Shown: positions 1 through 10,683, counted from the first letter of the stretch. The stretch is 64,000 nucleotides of DNA from an uncultured Candidatus Saccharibacteria bacterium (GCA_964620475.1 CAZUJN010000003.1:5647-69646); one strand, 5' to 3'. Notes: generated from the sequence alone by a model not told the origin. Made by a program: numbers and translations.

Positions 1-266
1 TTTCTGAAAAAGCACATGAATACATTGATTTTGATAAAATGTATAAAAGGATAGATGATTTAAAAACAAAAGGTTTAGAAGAAATAATATTAGCCTTGAA
101 CGCAACCTCTGATGGAGATTATACTGTGAAAGTTTTAAAGGAAAATATAAGTAAGAAATTTCCTGAGATAAAAGTAACATTACTTGCACGTGGTATATCA
201 AATGGTGCTGAGATAGAATACGCCGATCAAGATACATTGAGAGAGGCGTTGAGGTTTAGACGATAA
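1..266 (+). CDS. recR: Recombination protein RecR, C-terminal TOPRIM part (5' truncated by window edge)
   Basis: EEIILALNATSDGDYT and LARGISNGAEIEYADQDTLREAL match the RecR C-terminus. Confidence 0.9.
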   Translation, partial: SEKAHEYIDFDKMYKRIDDLKTKGLEEIILALNATSDGDYTVKVLKENISKKFPEIKVTLLARGISNGAEIEYADQDTLREALRFRR

Positions 267-295
267 CAAAAAACACCCTCTCGGGTGATTTTTTA
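267..295. terminator. Bidirectional intrinsic terminator between convergent recR and rplU
   Basis: aaaaaa-caccc-tctc-gggtg-a-tttttt hairpin with A/T tracts on both sides. Confidence 0.6.
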
Positions 296-300
296 TTATG

Positions 301-633
301 TTAGTTTATTGAATCTATCTTAACTTCGAAGTATGGTTGTCTGTGACCATTCTTTACGAAATATTTTGATTTTTGTTTGAACTTTCCTACTACAACTTTT
401 TTATGACGAGCTATGTCTGTTATAGTTGCTGTTACTTTAGAACCATTTATAGTTGGTGTACCTAGAGTTATAGCTGAACCATCATCTTTAAGTAATACCA
501 TATCAAATGTAACAGTATCACCGATATTAAAATCAGCACCTAGTTTTTCTATCTTTAGAGTTTCACCTGAAGATACTCTGTATTGTTTACCTCCTGTCTT
601 TATAACAGCTTGTGTTCCTTGTGTTTTAGCCAT
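301..633 (-). CDS. rplU: 50S ribosomal protein L21
   Basis: AVIKTGGKQYRV and GHRQPY motifs. Confidence 0.97.
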   Translation of the reverse strand: MAKTQGTQAVIKTGGKQYRVSSGETLKIEKLGADFNIGDTVTFDMVLLKDDGSAITLGTPTINGSKVTATITDIARHKKVVVGKFKQKSKYFVKNGHRQPYFEVKIDSIN

Positions 634-681
634 GATTTACAAATAATAGCCTATTTTAAAGGAAATTGCAAGAGCCCAATA

Positions 682-1161
682 CTAAAGCTCAACCCCCTTC
701 TTACTCATCAAAAATACAGATATCATTGGTACCACCATACAAGTTAGATAGCCTAGATTACCTTGAAAAAACAACTCAAAAGGCTTATCTAAGTTGAAAA
801 CGTCTTTATCTGGTAATATATGAAAACATATACCTATAGTTAATAGAACTATACCTATAGACAATAATACTGATTCCATTACACCTTTAATATTATGATG
901 TATTCTATAGCTTTCTATAATACGATGCATAGCAATATAAACTGGAATCAGTATTATCAAAAATACAATTAGATTATTTAAAAACACACTTAGACCAAAC
1001 AAATCATCTATATTTTTCGGTTTAAAATATTCTAAAACAGCTTTATATATAACCATAGTTGGATAAGCCATGATTATTATTTTAAAAAGAAAATCCTTTC
1101 CGCGAACAAATGAAAATAGAATCAGAAACAATAATACTATGTATAGTGTTAAATATTGCAT
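682..1161 (-). CDS. Hypothetical integral membrane protein
   Basis: 159 aa, several hydrophobic segments; TGa-TATAAT just upstream of ATG. Confidence 0.7.
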   Translation of the reverse strand: MQYLTLYIVLLFLILFSFVRGKDFLFKIIIMAYPTMVIYKAVLEYFKPKNIDDLFGLSVFLNNLIVFLIILIPVYIAMHRIIESYRIHHNIKGVMESVLLSIGIVLLTIGICFHILPDKDVFNLDKPFELFFQGNLGYLTCMVVPMISVFLMSKKGVEL

Positions 1162-1176
1162 AAAAATATTATATCA

Positions 1177-2256
1177 TTAATAACCCAACTTCTTCAATTT
1201 TTCTATAACATCTTTCACTTCCCCTCCAACTTTTTTTGGCATGTCAACTTTCAAAGTTATAAACATATCATCTCTTTTTTTATTAGACATGATTCCTCCT
1301 TTCTCTTTAGCTCTTAAAATATCACCATTAACTGATCCATGTGGAATCGTCAATATAAAATCATGATCAAATGAATGTATCTTCACATCTCCTCCACCTA
1401 TAGCAGTAGATAAAGGTATATGTTGAGTCATATAAACCTTTGTTCTGTCTTTTTTAAAATTAAGATCAGGCTTTATACTTATCTGTATATATAGATTACC
1501 ATCTACTCCACCCGCGATTGATTCACCTCTTCCTTGTACTCTAAGTTGTTCACCATTCTCTATACCACCAGGTATATGTATAGTTAATGATTCTTTTTCT
1601 TTCACGACACCCGCACCATGACATGTATGACATTTTTTAGATGGTATTTTTCCAGAGCCTTCACAATATTCACAAACATATTGTTGTTCCATAGCACCTA
1701 ATATAGTTCTTTGTATCTTCGTAACAAACCCTTGTCCGTCACAATGACTACATGTTTTCAAATCGGTACCTTTAGTTCCATGACATGTATTACATGTTTT
1801 ATGTCTGTTATACTCTATAGTCTTATCTACACCCAAAAGAGACTCTTTAAAAGATATTTGAACATTAACAGCTATATCTTGACCCCTCTTTTGTCTTGAT
1901 GAAGAACGTCTGCCCCTGCCCCCACCTCCAAACATAGAACCGAAAATATCTCCAAGATCAAATTCCATACCGGCCCCTTGATTGAATCCTGAAAAATCAA
2001 AACCATCGAAACCACCAAAACCACCTTGTTGACTGCCACCCATGTTTGGTCCAGCTGATCCAAAAGTGTCATATTGTTGTCTTTTTTTAGAATCAGACAA
2101 TACAGAATAAGCTTCATTTATCTCTTTGAACTTTTCATCCTTGCCACCATTTTTATCAGGATGATGTTCTAAAGCAAGCTTACGAAAAGCTTTTTTAATC
2201 TCATCCTGTGTAGCGTTTTTATCAACTCCGAGTGTTTTATAATAGTCTTTATTCAT
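1177..2256 (-). CDS. dnaJ: Chaperone DnaJ
   Basis: J domain with HPD, G/F-rich linker, four CxxCxGxG-type repeats. Confidence 0.97.
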   Translation of the reverse strand: MNKDYYKTLGVDKNATQDEIKKAFRKLALEHHPDKNGGKDEKFKEINEAYSVLSDSKKRQQYDTFGSAGPNMGGSQQGGFGGFDGFDFSGFNQGAGMEFDLGDIFGSMFGGGGRGRRSSSRQKRGQDIAVNVQISFKESLLGVDKTIEYNRHKTCNTCHGTKGTDLKTCSHCDGQGFVTKIQRTILGAMEQQYVCEYCEGSGKIPSKKCHTCHGAGVVKEKESLTIHIPGGIENGEQLRVQGRGESIAGGVDGNLYIQISIKPDLNFKKDRTKVYMTQHIPLSTAIGGGDVKIHSFDHDFILTIPHGSVNGDILRAKEKGGIMSNKKRDDMFITLKVDMPKKVGGEVKDVIEKLKKLGY

Positions 2257-2366
2257 AATGATTTTTATATAATAACATATATGTCAATATTTTTGGAGGA
2301 TATTTTATAAGTATTTACTTTTATGTAAAATAGTTGTAAAGTTACGAATGTTAAACCCTTTCCAAA

Positions 2367-2723
2367 ATGAGAAAATTTCCTATTACCAGCATTATCCTGG
2401 AGACAGTCCGAAAGGTCCCATCTAGTAGACGAAACAGTCTACCTAAGACAGTACACGACTTTCAAACTTGGATACCGGGCATTCATTACAGTGAATCCTT
2501 CCTAACGGTTGGACATGAATGGATACGCATCGGGAGACAAAGATTGGAGTTTGATTCGGTTGAGGAATGCCTTTTACCGAGTCTAGAGAAGATTATTACG
2601 GTTAATGTGAGTGACTCCCTGAGACCTAACACAACAGCAACCCTCTATGTCCAAGCCTCTCTCAAGGATTTCATATCAGAATTCCATAACATTCAACTCG
2701 AACTGCGTCTCGACTTCGTATAG
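2367..2723 (+). CDS. Orphan hypothetical protein in a GC-richer single-gene unit
   Basis: 118 aa ORF, A/C-rich leader, followed by hairpin and T-tract at about 2724-2764. Confidence 0.6.
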   Translation: MRKFPITSIILETVRKVPSSRRNSLPKTVHDFQTWIPGIHYSESFLTVGHEWIRIGRQRLEFDSVEECLLPSLEKIITVNVSDSLRPNTTATLYVQASLKDFISEFHNIQLELRLDFV

Positions 2724-2764
2724 CGTGAAAACCACCAACCGGTTGGCTAGTAGCGCTTTTTTTA

Positions 2765-4054
2765 TTATCTCTTAGGCATATATGCAAGTGGATCTAGGTA
2801 CGCCGACACAGCAGCTATAGGCATATATAAATCACGTCCTGGACAAGATGCACTTGGACGAGAAGTTGCATTTACAGCGTCAGCTGGGTACATACTTACA
2901 TGAAGATGTGGGCCGGTTGAATAACCTGTATTACCACTAAAACCAACTACTTGCCCTGTGGTAACTCTAGTTCCAGCAGTCAATGAATGTTGAGAAAGAT
3001 GACCATAAGTTGAAGCTAATCCATTATCATATTTTATAAGTATCCATTTACCAAAAGAAACACCTCTACAGGTTGTATCTGTGTCACCCTGAGCAACCAA
3101 AATACCGTTGGCCATAGCTTTGACAGGAGTACCAACCTTAACACCAAAATCTACACCATTATGTGAACCTGATTTATATAATCTTTTTGATGCATTTGTA
3201 ACTCCGAATTGTTGAGTTATTCTTACATCATCAACAGGCCAATCAAGTGGAGATGATCCCGCTTTAGGTATTGATTTTGGATCAAGTATATACTTAAGTT
3301 TATTTTCATAATCAAACATTTCTTTCTCAAAAGCCTCTTTTTGTTTCTTTCTATCGGCTAAAAGCTTTTTATAAGTACTTTCTTGATTTTTAGTTATATC
3401 AAGCTCTTTTTTCTGTTCAGCCTTAACTATATTTAAAGATGTCTGTTTAGTTTTAAGCAAGGCTTTTTCTTTTTCTAAAGATTCTTTTTTTATTTGTTCT
3501 TCTGTTTTATCTTTTTCTAGGGCTTTCTTAATTTGTATTATATCTTTTACACTATCTTGTATTTTTTCTTGAACTATTTGCAAAAACCCTATTTCTTTAA
3601 CAGAAGATAAAACATTTCCATCTCTCAAAAAATTTTCAACTATACTGGTACCATCAAGCATATATTGACTATACAGACTTTCTCTCATACCTTGACGAAG
3701 CCTAAACATCTTTTCTTCATTGCCTGTTATTTGTGTAGAAATCTTATTTATCTCTAGATTTGTCTTATCTATAGATACCTGACTTTTTCTAATATCAGCA
3801 TCTATTGATTTAACCTGATTATCGAGCGTTTTTATATAATTACTCAAAGTTTGGGCTGACTTTGATGTCTTATCAGCTAACTCCGAATAAGTCTTAATCT
3901 CCTCCTCAAGTTTTTTTATAAGTTGAGCTCTCTCATTTATCTTGGTCTGTAATTCAGCTGAGCTATCTTCTGCTCTTGTATAATTTTTTAGACCAAATAC
4001 AGTCAATAAAATCAATACTGATAATAAAAAAAATCTGTGACTCCTAATAATCAT
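2765..4054 (-). CDS. M23 family peptidase with long N-terminal coiled coil (murein hydrolase/activator-like)
   Basis: Signal peptide, heptad-rich region, HNGVD and GYSTGPHLH M23 motifs. Confidence 0.9.
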   Translation of the reverse strand: MIIRSHRFFLLSVLILLTVFGLKNYTRAEDSSAELQTKINERAQLIKKLEEEIKTYSELADKTSKSAQTLSNYIKTLDNQVKSIDADIRKSQVSIDKTNLEINKISTQITGNEEKMFRLRQGMRESLYSQYMLDGTSIVENFLRDGNVLSSVKEIGFLQIVQEKIQDSVKDIIQIKKALEKDKTEEQIKKESLEKEKALLKTKQTSLNIVKAEQKKELDITKNQESTYKKLLADRKKQKEAFEKEMFDYENKLKYILDPKSIPKAGSSPLDWPVDDVRITQQFGVTNASKRLYKSGSHNGVDFGVKVGTPVKAMANGILVAQGDTDTTCRGVSFGKWILIKYDNGLASTYGHLSQHSLTAGTRVTTGQVVGFSGNTGYSTGPHLHVSMYPADAVNATSRPSASCPGRDLYMPIAAVSAYLDPLAYMPKR

Positions 4055-4077
4055 ATACTGAATATTATATCACAGAT

Positions 4078-4150
4078 CTCTTTATTAACGACGTAGGGTG
4101 AGAGAAATAAAAGTGTTTTCACTTTTATTTCCGAACCGAGGAGTTAAAGA
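4078..4150. repeat. REP-like intergenic palindrome
   Basis: Perfect 12-bp stem gaaataaaagtg/cacttttatttc inside a longer imperfect inverted repeat (ttaac-gacgtagggtgaga...cgaaccgaggagttaa). Confidence 0.55.
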
Positions 4151-4156
4151 TGACAT

Positions 4157-4369
4157 CTATTTTCTTCTAATTATTTTTGGTTTACCACCGTAAGCATCTA
4201 ACTCAATCTCAACCTTATCACCAACATAAATACGTATACGATTATACTTCATTTTACCACTCATATAAGCTATTAACACATTCTCATCTTCTAGTTGTAC
4301 TCTAAAATGAGTATCGGGTAAGGCCTCGATAACTGTACCTATTAGAACTATTTTATCTTGATTTGACAT
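4157..4369 (-). CDS. infA: Translation initiation factor IF-1 (start re-assigned to MSNQDK)
   Basis: GTVIEALPDTHFRVQL, AYMSGKM and IRIYVGDKV motifs. Confidence 0.95.
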   Translation of the reverse strand: MSNQDKIVLIGTVIEALPDTHFRVQLEDENVLIAYMSGKMKYNRIRIYVGDKVEIELDAYGGKPKIIRRK

Positions 4370-4472
4370 ATAGGAGGTATGATAGCACACTTGTTTATAA
4401 TTTTACAGTATATATTAAAACACCCCACCTCTCGGTTTGAGAAGCGGGATGGAGAAAATATCAACGAAGCGA

Positions 4473-5009
4473 TCACTTGACCAGTGTATTCAAAAGCCAA
4501 TCAGCGAACGGCCAGACCACATTCAAGTTGGTCTTTGGATCTTTGTGATGCAAGCGATGATGGTTGTTGATGAAAATGAACCAGCGACGGTTTTCAAACC
4601 ATCTACCTTTTGGATCATGCATACACCAGTGAAAATATTCATAGGTGCAGTAGTAAAGGAAGAAAACAATAGCTGTGACAATCAAAGGCCACCAAATCAT
4701 CAAAACAGCCGCACACACGAGAGCAACCGGCGATGTAGCGATGATCAGAAGAACTATCCAATTCCACCAAGCCATAGGTATAGTCTTCCTGTCGGCATCT
4801 TGTTTTTCTGGTTTATGATTTCTCAACTCATATGTCTTACCGGGGCCGAAGATGGAATGATGAATCTTATGGTGGGCATTATAAGCATAGCGAAAACCAA
4901 AAGGTATGTTGTGCATGACGTATTTATGTAGCAACCACTCAAAGAGTGAAGCGTACACAACAGAAAAAAGAACAACCACAATAACCGGCAGTATATTTAA
5001 AAGGTGCAT
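4473..5009 (-). CDS. Fatty acid hydroxylase / sterol desaturase family membrane di-iron enzyme
   Basis: His boxes HKYVMH, HHKIHH, HWCMH, HHRLHH plus TM segments. Confidence 0.85.
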   Translation of the reverse strand: MHLLNILPVIVVVLFSVVYASLFEWLLHKYVMHNIPFGFRYAYNAHHKIHHSIFGPGKTYELRNHKPEKQDADRKTIPMAWWNWIVLLIIATSPVALVCAAVLMIWWPLIVTAIVFFLYYCTYEYFHWCMHDPKGRWFENRRWFIFINNHHRLHHKDPKTNLNVVWPFADWLLNTLVK

Positions 5010-5032
5010 GATATTATTATATCAGAATAAGA

Positions 5033-6292
5033 CTAAAATAGATCCACAAATATATTATCAACCTTACTTTCAACATCATTTAAAGAAACCTCATAAACCT
5101 CTCCTGTCTGTCTATTTTTTATTTCAAACACATTCTTAGATAAACCCTTATCGCCAACTATTATTTGTATTGGCATACCATATAGATCTGCATCAAAGAG
5201 TTTTGCCCCTGGACCAATATTATTTCTATCATCGAATAAAACCTCATATTTAGATTTTAATAAATTATAAACACTCTCGGCAACTTTATACGTATTATCA
5301 TTATCATCTTTATGTAAGGACACAACTTCTATATGATATGGTGCAATATTTTTTGGCCATATAAGACCTTTATCGTCAGCATATTTTTCGACAATAACAC
5401 CCATAACTCTAGTTATACCAACACCATAAGAACCAAGTATGACAGGCTTTTTATTACCCTCCTTATCCATAAAGTTTAAACCCATTTGTTCACATTTATC
5501 AGGCCCAAAAGAAAAAATGTTTCCAACCTCAGCAGTTACATGTTTTTCTAATTTACTTTTATCAATAGATTCATCTATGGCCTCTTCATTATAAACAACA
5601 TTATTTTCTTTATCTATATATATAACATCCTCCCCTGCATCACATATAGTTTGAAATTCATGAGATACATTTTTAGTAAATACACCACCAGTCGCTACTG
5701 TAACATAAGTGTCTTTTCCAAGACCGCATCTATTATAAATATTTTTATAAGCCTCTATCATACTGTTATAAAAGTCTTCATGTTGTTTCTCATCTTCAGA
5801 AAAAGAATATAAATCCTTCATCAAAAATTCTCTTCCACGCATAATACCACTTTTGGCACGAAGTTCATTACGAAGTTTTGTTTGAAATTGATAAACATAT
5901 ATAGGAAGCTCTTTATATGAGTTTATAAAATTCTTCATCATTTCTGCTATAGGTTCCTCATGAGACCAACCGAAGCCAACTTCTGTACCATTTTTTAATT
6001 GACTTTTAAACCATATATCTACAGTTTCATCATCCCAACGGCCTGTTTGTTCCCAAGTTTCTTTTTTCTGAAGAGAAGACATTATCATCTCCTGTCCATT
6101 AACTTTATTCATTTCGTCTCTAACTATAGACTTTATATTTTCCAGAACCTTTAAACCAAAAGGTAGATATGCATAAACACCGGCCATTTCTTTATGAACA
6201 TAACCAGCTTTTATAAGTATTTGGGCGTTTTTTGCTAACTCATCTTTTGGATATTCTTTACGAGTTTTGGTGAAAATATTTGTATGTCTCAT
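5033..6292 (-). CDS. proS: Proline--tRNA ligase (short form, no editing insertion)
   Basis: QTKLRNELRAKSGIMRGREFLMKDLYSF and GSYGVGITR motifs, anticodon-binding domain. Confidence 0.95.
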   Translation of the reverse strand: MRHTNIFTKTRKEYPKDELAKNAQILIKAGYVHKEMAGVYAYLPFGLKVLENIKSIVRDEMNKVNGQEMIMSSLQKKETWEQTGRWDDETVDIWFKSQLKNGTEVGFGWSHEEPIAEMMKNFINSYKELPIYVYQFQTKLRNELRAKSGIMRGREFLMKDLYSFSEDEKQHEDFYNSMIEAYKNIYNRCGLGKDTYVTVATGGVFTKNVSHEFQTICDAGEDVIYIDKENNVVYNEEAIDESIDKSKLEKHVTAEVGNIFSFGPDKCEQMGLNFMDKEGNKKPVILGSYGVGITRVMGVIVEKYADDKGLIWPKNIAPYHIEVVSLHKDDNDNTYKVAESVYNLLKSKYEVLFDDRNNIGPGAKLFDADLYGMPIQIIVGDKGLSKNVFEIKNRQTGEVYEVSLNDVESKVDNIFVDLF

Positions 6293-6314
6293 AAAGATGA
6301 TAATATCACAAAAA

Positions 6315-7490
6315 CTATTTAACCTCTACACTTATATGATCTTCATCTGAGACCTTACTCATCCAAAATGGAGAGTATTTAACAGTCATTTCCATGTTTT
6401 TAGCTATCTCATTCTTGATTTTCTTCATAGTCTCTTTTGAAAAACCTTTGAATACTGAGGCGACTTTATCTTTTTTAACCCGTGGAGTTATTTCAAGAGT
6501 TAAGTTTTTAAATGATATAGGTTGACCATTTATATCTTGAGCTAATTCATAATCATTTATATTTATCTCATATTCTATTAAGTCAGGAATTGTTGAAAAC
6601 ACTTTCACATATTCTTGTATAAGTTTACTATTATTATATAAAGCTTTTTCAAAATCTTTTTTATCTACAACAACTAAAGCATTTTGATTGGTATTGGTAT
6701 CATAGATGAGACTTTTCTTTAGTGGTATAAAATTATCTGGTATTAGAGATAAAACCTCGTCATTTGGAATATTGCTATTATTAGTCACAGTGGTAGAAGC
6801 CTCATCTTGAGATGTCTTGCTAATATAATCTATGGCATAAAATTTATCATACGCAGTTGTACCTTTCAAACCTATAACTTTATATCCAGACGTAGTAGTT
6901 GATAAATCTTTATCTGTTGTAGGTTTTACACTTGTTTTACCTTGTAAGTAATAAGTCTCTCCCCCAACATCAAATCTAGTGTTCTCACGAAGCGGCATTT
7001 CTGATCCAGTGTTATTTATGAATACAACTTTCTTAGCCGGTGATTTACTTGTTGTTGTTGCATTTAATATAAAATACTCAGCATTATTATTTACAACAAC
7101 TGAAGTACTAGCTACATCCTGTACAGGAGCAAATATATTTCTCTTTGTATCATTAACATATATTAAATTATATGAAAGTGTCGTACTCGCGTTTGAATTT
7201 TTCTCCGATAATATCATCGGTATATTATCCTTTACCTCTAGTATTACGGTCTTAGATTGAAATGATATAAATGTCTTGTTGTTAAATACGGAATAATAAA
7301 CAACAGACATAATAATCACAGTAATCAAAAACAATATGAGCGGGGTTTTACTACTTTTATCTTTACCATCTATGGTGTGATAAACTCTATTATTAAATGA
7401 AGGTTCACTCTTCAAAATACGTACCTCGTTTTCAGCTTTACGTGTTTTTATGAAGCTATTTTTTTTAGGTGGTACTATATCTCCGTACAT
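6315..7490 (-). CDS. Hypothetical membrane-anchored protein
   Basis: 391 aa, N-terminal DIVPP, single TM, C-terminal YSPFW; recalls a conserved Parcubacteria family, family not certain. Confidence 0.65.
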   Translation of the reverse strand: MYGDIVPPKKNSFIKTRKAENEVRILKSEPSFNNRVYHTIDGKDKSSKTPLILFLITVIIMSVVYYSVFNNKTFISFQSKTVILEVKDNIPMILSEKNSNASTTLSYNLIYVNDTKRNIFAPVQDVASTSVVVNNNAEYFILNATTTSKSPAKKVVFINNTGSEMPLRENTRFDVGGETYYLQGKTSVKPTTDKDLSTTTSGYKVIGLKGTTAYDKFYAIDYISKTSQDEASTTVTNNSNIPNDEVLSLIPDNFIPLKKSLIYDTNTNQNALVVVDKKDFEKALYNNSKLIQEYVKVFSTIPDLIEYEININDYELAQDINGQPISFKNLTLEITPRVKKDKVASVFKGFSKETMKKIKNEIAKNMEMTVKYSPFWMSKVSDEDHISVEVK

Positions 7491-7504
7491 AGTTATATTT
7501 TAGT

Positions 7505-8566
7505 TTAAAATATTTTTTTAGTAAATATATTTAATTCATTTGTTAATAATTTACTCATCATATATACATCATTTTTGAAATTATCAGCCAATATTAAACC
7601 CAGAGTATAATAGGCATCTTCATCCAAGGTGTATATATTTATCTTTACGTCTTTAACTATGTTTTCCATATCTATAGAGTCTACAAAATTTCTTATTTGT
7701 ATTTTCATGAATTCAAGATTTAGATTTATTTGAATATTTATCTTTTCCTGAACCTCTGAATTTAAATCTGGCCATATATTATCTAGACTTTTCTCCAATT
7801 TATTAACATTCAAGGACTTTGACTTAAGTATTTTATCTAACATAATATCATCTATATGAAGAGCTTCTTTGATCTTTGTTTTTACATTTACACAACCACA
7901 GGGTATAAAAAGGGTTGAAACAATGCGACCACCGTGAACATATATCAAATCAATACTTTGATCTTCTATAATAATTCTAAGTTCATTACTCTCTTTATTA
8001 TCTCTGTTTAACTCATTTACATATGAATATATAGAATCTATTTTTATATTATGTAGATGGAAAATTGTCTCTAAAGTATTTTGTAATTTATTTAAAAAAT
8101 TTGTGGAAGAAAATATACTTAAATATTGTAAATGCAAAAATCTGGCTTTTTGATTATTCAAACTCTTAACACTATAACCGTTTAAGGAAATATTAAATAT
8201 ATCATTTTTAACAAGACTTAAATTATCATGTTGCTTGTGAACTATCATCTTTTCTATCATACGTTGATCAATGGTCTGATCTTTTTCAAAATCTTTTTCA
8301 AGATTAATAATCTCATATATACTCCAAGGATTTGTTAAAATAACCTTAATATCTTTGATATTTTTATGATTATTTTTAAAAATATCTGTCTTTATAAAAT
8401 CCTGACATATATCTTTACAAACAAAAACAACCCTATTTTCATAATCATCGTGGGATTCGTCTAATATATGAGAAAATTTCTGTGTACCTAAAATAGTGTA
8501 TGTATCATTATCAAATGAATACATACTTATTGCATACGGTCTGATTAAGAAAACTATTTGCATCAA
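7505..8566 (-). CDS. Hypothetical protein, possibly a degenerate FtsA/actin-fold protein
   Basis: 353 aa ORF; ILTNPW and SLNGY segments; fold assignment is a guess. Confidence 0.55.
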   Translation of the reverse strand: MMQIVFLIRPYAISMYSFDNDTYTILGTQKFSHILDESHDDYENRVVFVCKDICQDFIKTDIFKNNHKNIKDIKVILTNPWSIYEIINLEKDFEKDQTIDQRMIEKMIVHKQHDNLSLVKNDIFNISLNGYSVKSLNNQKARFLHLQYLSIFSSTNFLNKLQNTLETIFHLHNIKIDSIYSYVNELNRDNKESNELRIIIEDQSIDLIYVHGGRIVSTLFIPCGCVNVKTKIKEALHIDDIMLDKILKSKSLNVNKLEKSLDNIWPDLNSEVQEKINIQINLNLEFMKIQIRNFVDSIDMENIVKDVKINIYTLDEDAYYTLGLILADNFKNDVYMMSKLLTNELNIFTKKIF

Positions 8567-8612
8567 TTATATTATAGCAAATTTTATTCATTTTACTCAA
8601 TCAGAATTCGTT

Positions 8613-10448
8613 TTATTCCAACATTGCCTTTATTCTCCTCACACCCTGACTCACCGCCTCTTCTTTTACTATCTTGAAATGACCTAACTCTGAAGTATTT
8701 TCAACATGTGGACCACCACAAAATTCTTTTGAAAATGCATCATCCAATGAATCACCGATATAATAAACGTTTACCATATCACCATATTTATCAGCAAAGA
8801 AATGAAGAGCCCCTGATTCTATTGCTTTTTCTTTTGGTAAAATCTCCATCTTTACAGGTAAAGCAGCTTGTATTTTTTCATTTACAATATCTTCTACTTT
8901 TTGTTTTTCATCATCTGTTAGTTTTCTATCATATGAAAAATCAAAGCGCATTCTTTCTGTTGTTATATTTGAGCCTTTTTGACCAACCGTCTCACCTAAC
9001 ACTTGTCTTAAGGCCTGATGAAGTAAATGTGTAGCTGTATGATAACGAGTTTCTATCACACCATCACCCGAAAGCCCTCCTTTAAACTTCTTTTCTGCTC
9101 CAGCACGAGAGTTTTCTTGATGTATAGCGAACAGTTGATCAAATTCTGTTCTATTTATAGATAATTTATTTTCTTTGGCTAATTCTTCAATCATCTCAAT
9201 AGGAAAACCATATGATTCAAACAATGTAAAAACTTTTTGTGAATCTATCATTTCTATATTACCTTCTTTGTTTGATTCTATTATTTTATTAAATTCTTTT
9301 ATACCTTGTATAAGAGCTTTTCTGAACTTTTTTTCTTCTGCGTTTATCGCTACTTTTATAGTCTCTTTTTGACGAGCGATATTTTCATAGATATCTTTAT
9401 AATAATCTGTAAAAGTGTCAGCTATCATATATAGAGAATTTTCAGGAAGTTTTAATACATCAGCATGACGAAGGGCACGACGTATTAGACGACGAAGTAT
9501 GTAACCTTGATCTGTATTAGAAAATTCTACACCATCAGCCAACATAATAACCGCGGTTCTAACATGATCAACTATAATACGAGTTGATTTTACTTGTTCA
9601 AATTCTGCTATATTAATATCTTCTGATTTCAAAGATTGAACTTTATCTATAGCGGGTTTAAATATATCAGTTTCAAAAACAGAATTTACACCTTGTACCA
9701 TCATGACTATTCTTTCAAAACCTGAACCTGTATCTACGTTTTTATTTTTAAGTTTATCAACAATCTTCCCATCTTTTTTCAAATATTCCATAAACACATC
9801 ATTCCAAACCTCGACAACTTCTCCTCTGTCATCTTTCTCTATATATTCATCGAATGACAAACCTTCTGTATATTTACCTGTTGTATCATAAAACATCTCA
9901 GTATCTGGTCCACAAGGTCCATTATCTCCCGCACTCCACCAATTATTTTTCTTTGGCAAGAAATATATACGATTTGTTGACATACCATTTTTCTCAAATA
10001 TATTTTTCCATATCTCTGCTGATTCTTCATCTTTTGGAGCATCTTCATCACCCTCAAAACAAGTTACATATAGACGATTTGCGTCTAAACCAAAACCATA
10101 TTCTTTATTTGTTAATAAATCAAAACTCCATTCTATAGCCTCTTTTTTAAAATAATCACCCAAAGACCAATTTCCCATCATTTCAAAGAAAGTAAGATGT
10201 CTATTATCGCCAACATCTTCTATGTCGATTGTCCTGATACATTTTTGTATAGAACAAAGTCTGCGACCATGTGGATGCTCTTGACCCAATAGATACGGCA
10301 CAAGTGGTTGCATACCGGCTATATTAAAAAGCACTGATGAATCGTTTTCGGGGATGATCGGTGCTGAATTTAATATATGATGATTTTGATTTTTGAAAAA
10401 ATCTAGGAATTTTTGTCTTATTTCATGAGACGACATAGTTTCTTTCAT
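8613..10448 (-). CDS. alaS: Alanine--tRNA ligase, short form lacking the C-Ala domain (start re-assigned)
   Basis: LFNIAGMQP, HLTFFEMMGNWSLGDYFK, HTATHLL, EFCGGPHV; ends right after GVRRIKA. Confidence 0.96.
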   Translation of the reverse strand: MKETMSSHEIRQKFLDFFKNQNHHILNSAPIIPENDSSVLFNIAGMQPLVPYLLGQEHPHGRRLCSIQKCIRTIDIEDVGDNRHLTFFEMMGNWSLGDYFKKEAIEWSFDLLTNKEYGFGLDANRLYVTCFEGDEDAPKDEESAEIWKNIFEKNGMSTNRIYFLPKKNNWWSAGDNGPCGPDTEMFYDTTGKYTEGLSFDEYIEKDDRGEVVEVWNDVFMEYLKKDGKIVDKLKNKNVDTGSGFERIVMMVQGVNSVFETDIFKPAIDKVQSLKSEDINIAEFEQVKSTRIIVDHVRTAVIMLADGVEFSNTDQGYILRRLIRRALRHADVLKLPENSLYMIADTFTDYYKDIYENIARQKETIKVAINAEEKKFRKALIQGIKEFNKIIESNKEGNIEMIDSQKVFTLFESYGFPIEMIEELAKENKLSINRTEFDQLFAIHQENSRAGAEKKFKGGLSGDGVIETRYHTATHLLHQALRQVLGETVGQKGSNITTERMRFDFSYDRKLTDDEKQKVEDIVNEKIQAALPVKMEILPKEKAIESGALHFFADKYGDMVNVYYIGDSLDDAFSKEFCGGPHVENTSELGHFKIVKEEAVSQGVRRIKAMLE

Positions 10449-10534
10449 AGATTTATGATTATACATGATTTTATGGGTTGTGTCGACAGGTTTTAAGGTT
10501 TGTGTTGATGTTTCGTAACAGTTCTTGGTTACAC

Positions 10535-10682
10535 TTGACTTTATCTGTAGTTGTGATATATTACAAAAGTCATGAGTCAGAGATCTCTGCTGCGGACGCA
10601 TCCTTCTGGGAGGTGGGATGATAGCTACAGAAAGATCTCAAAAAGCCGGTCCCGTGTAAACGCGGGTCCGGCGATTTTTTTA
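10535..10682 (+). ncRNA. Candidate small RNA gene with its own promoter and terminator
   Basis: TTGACT(10535)-16-TATATT promoter; hairpin gagatct..catcc/ggatg..agatctc; terminator gccgg-t-cccgtg/cgcggg-t-ccggc plus T-tract; no ORF terminating within the unit. Confidence 0.55.
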
Positions 10683-10683
10683 T

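Noticed and set aside
4437-4931. Long antisense ORFs over real genes (also 16504-16782, 51657-52034 and those within dnaK)
   Set aside because: Opposite-strand shadows of genes with clear motifs or better promoter/terminator support
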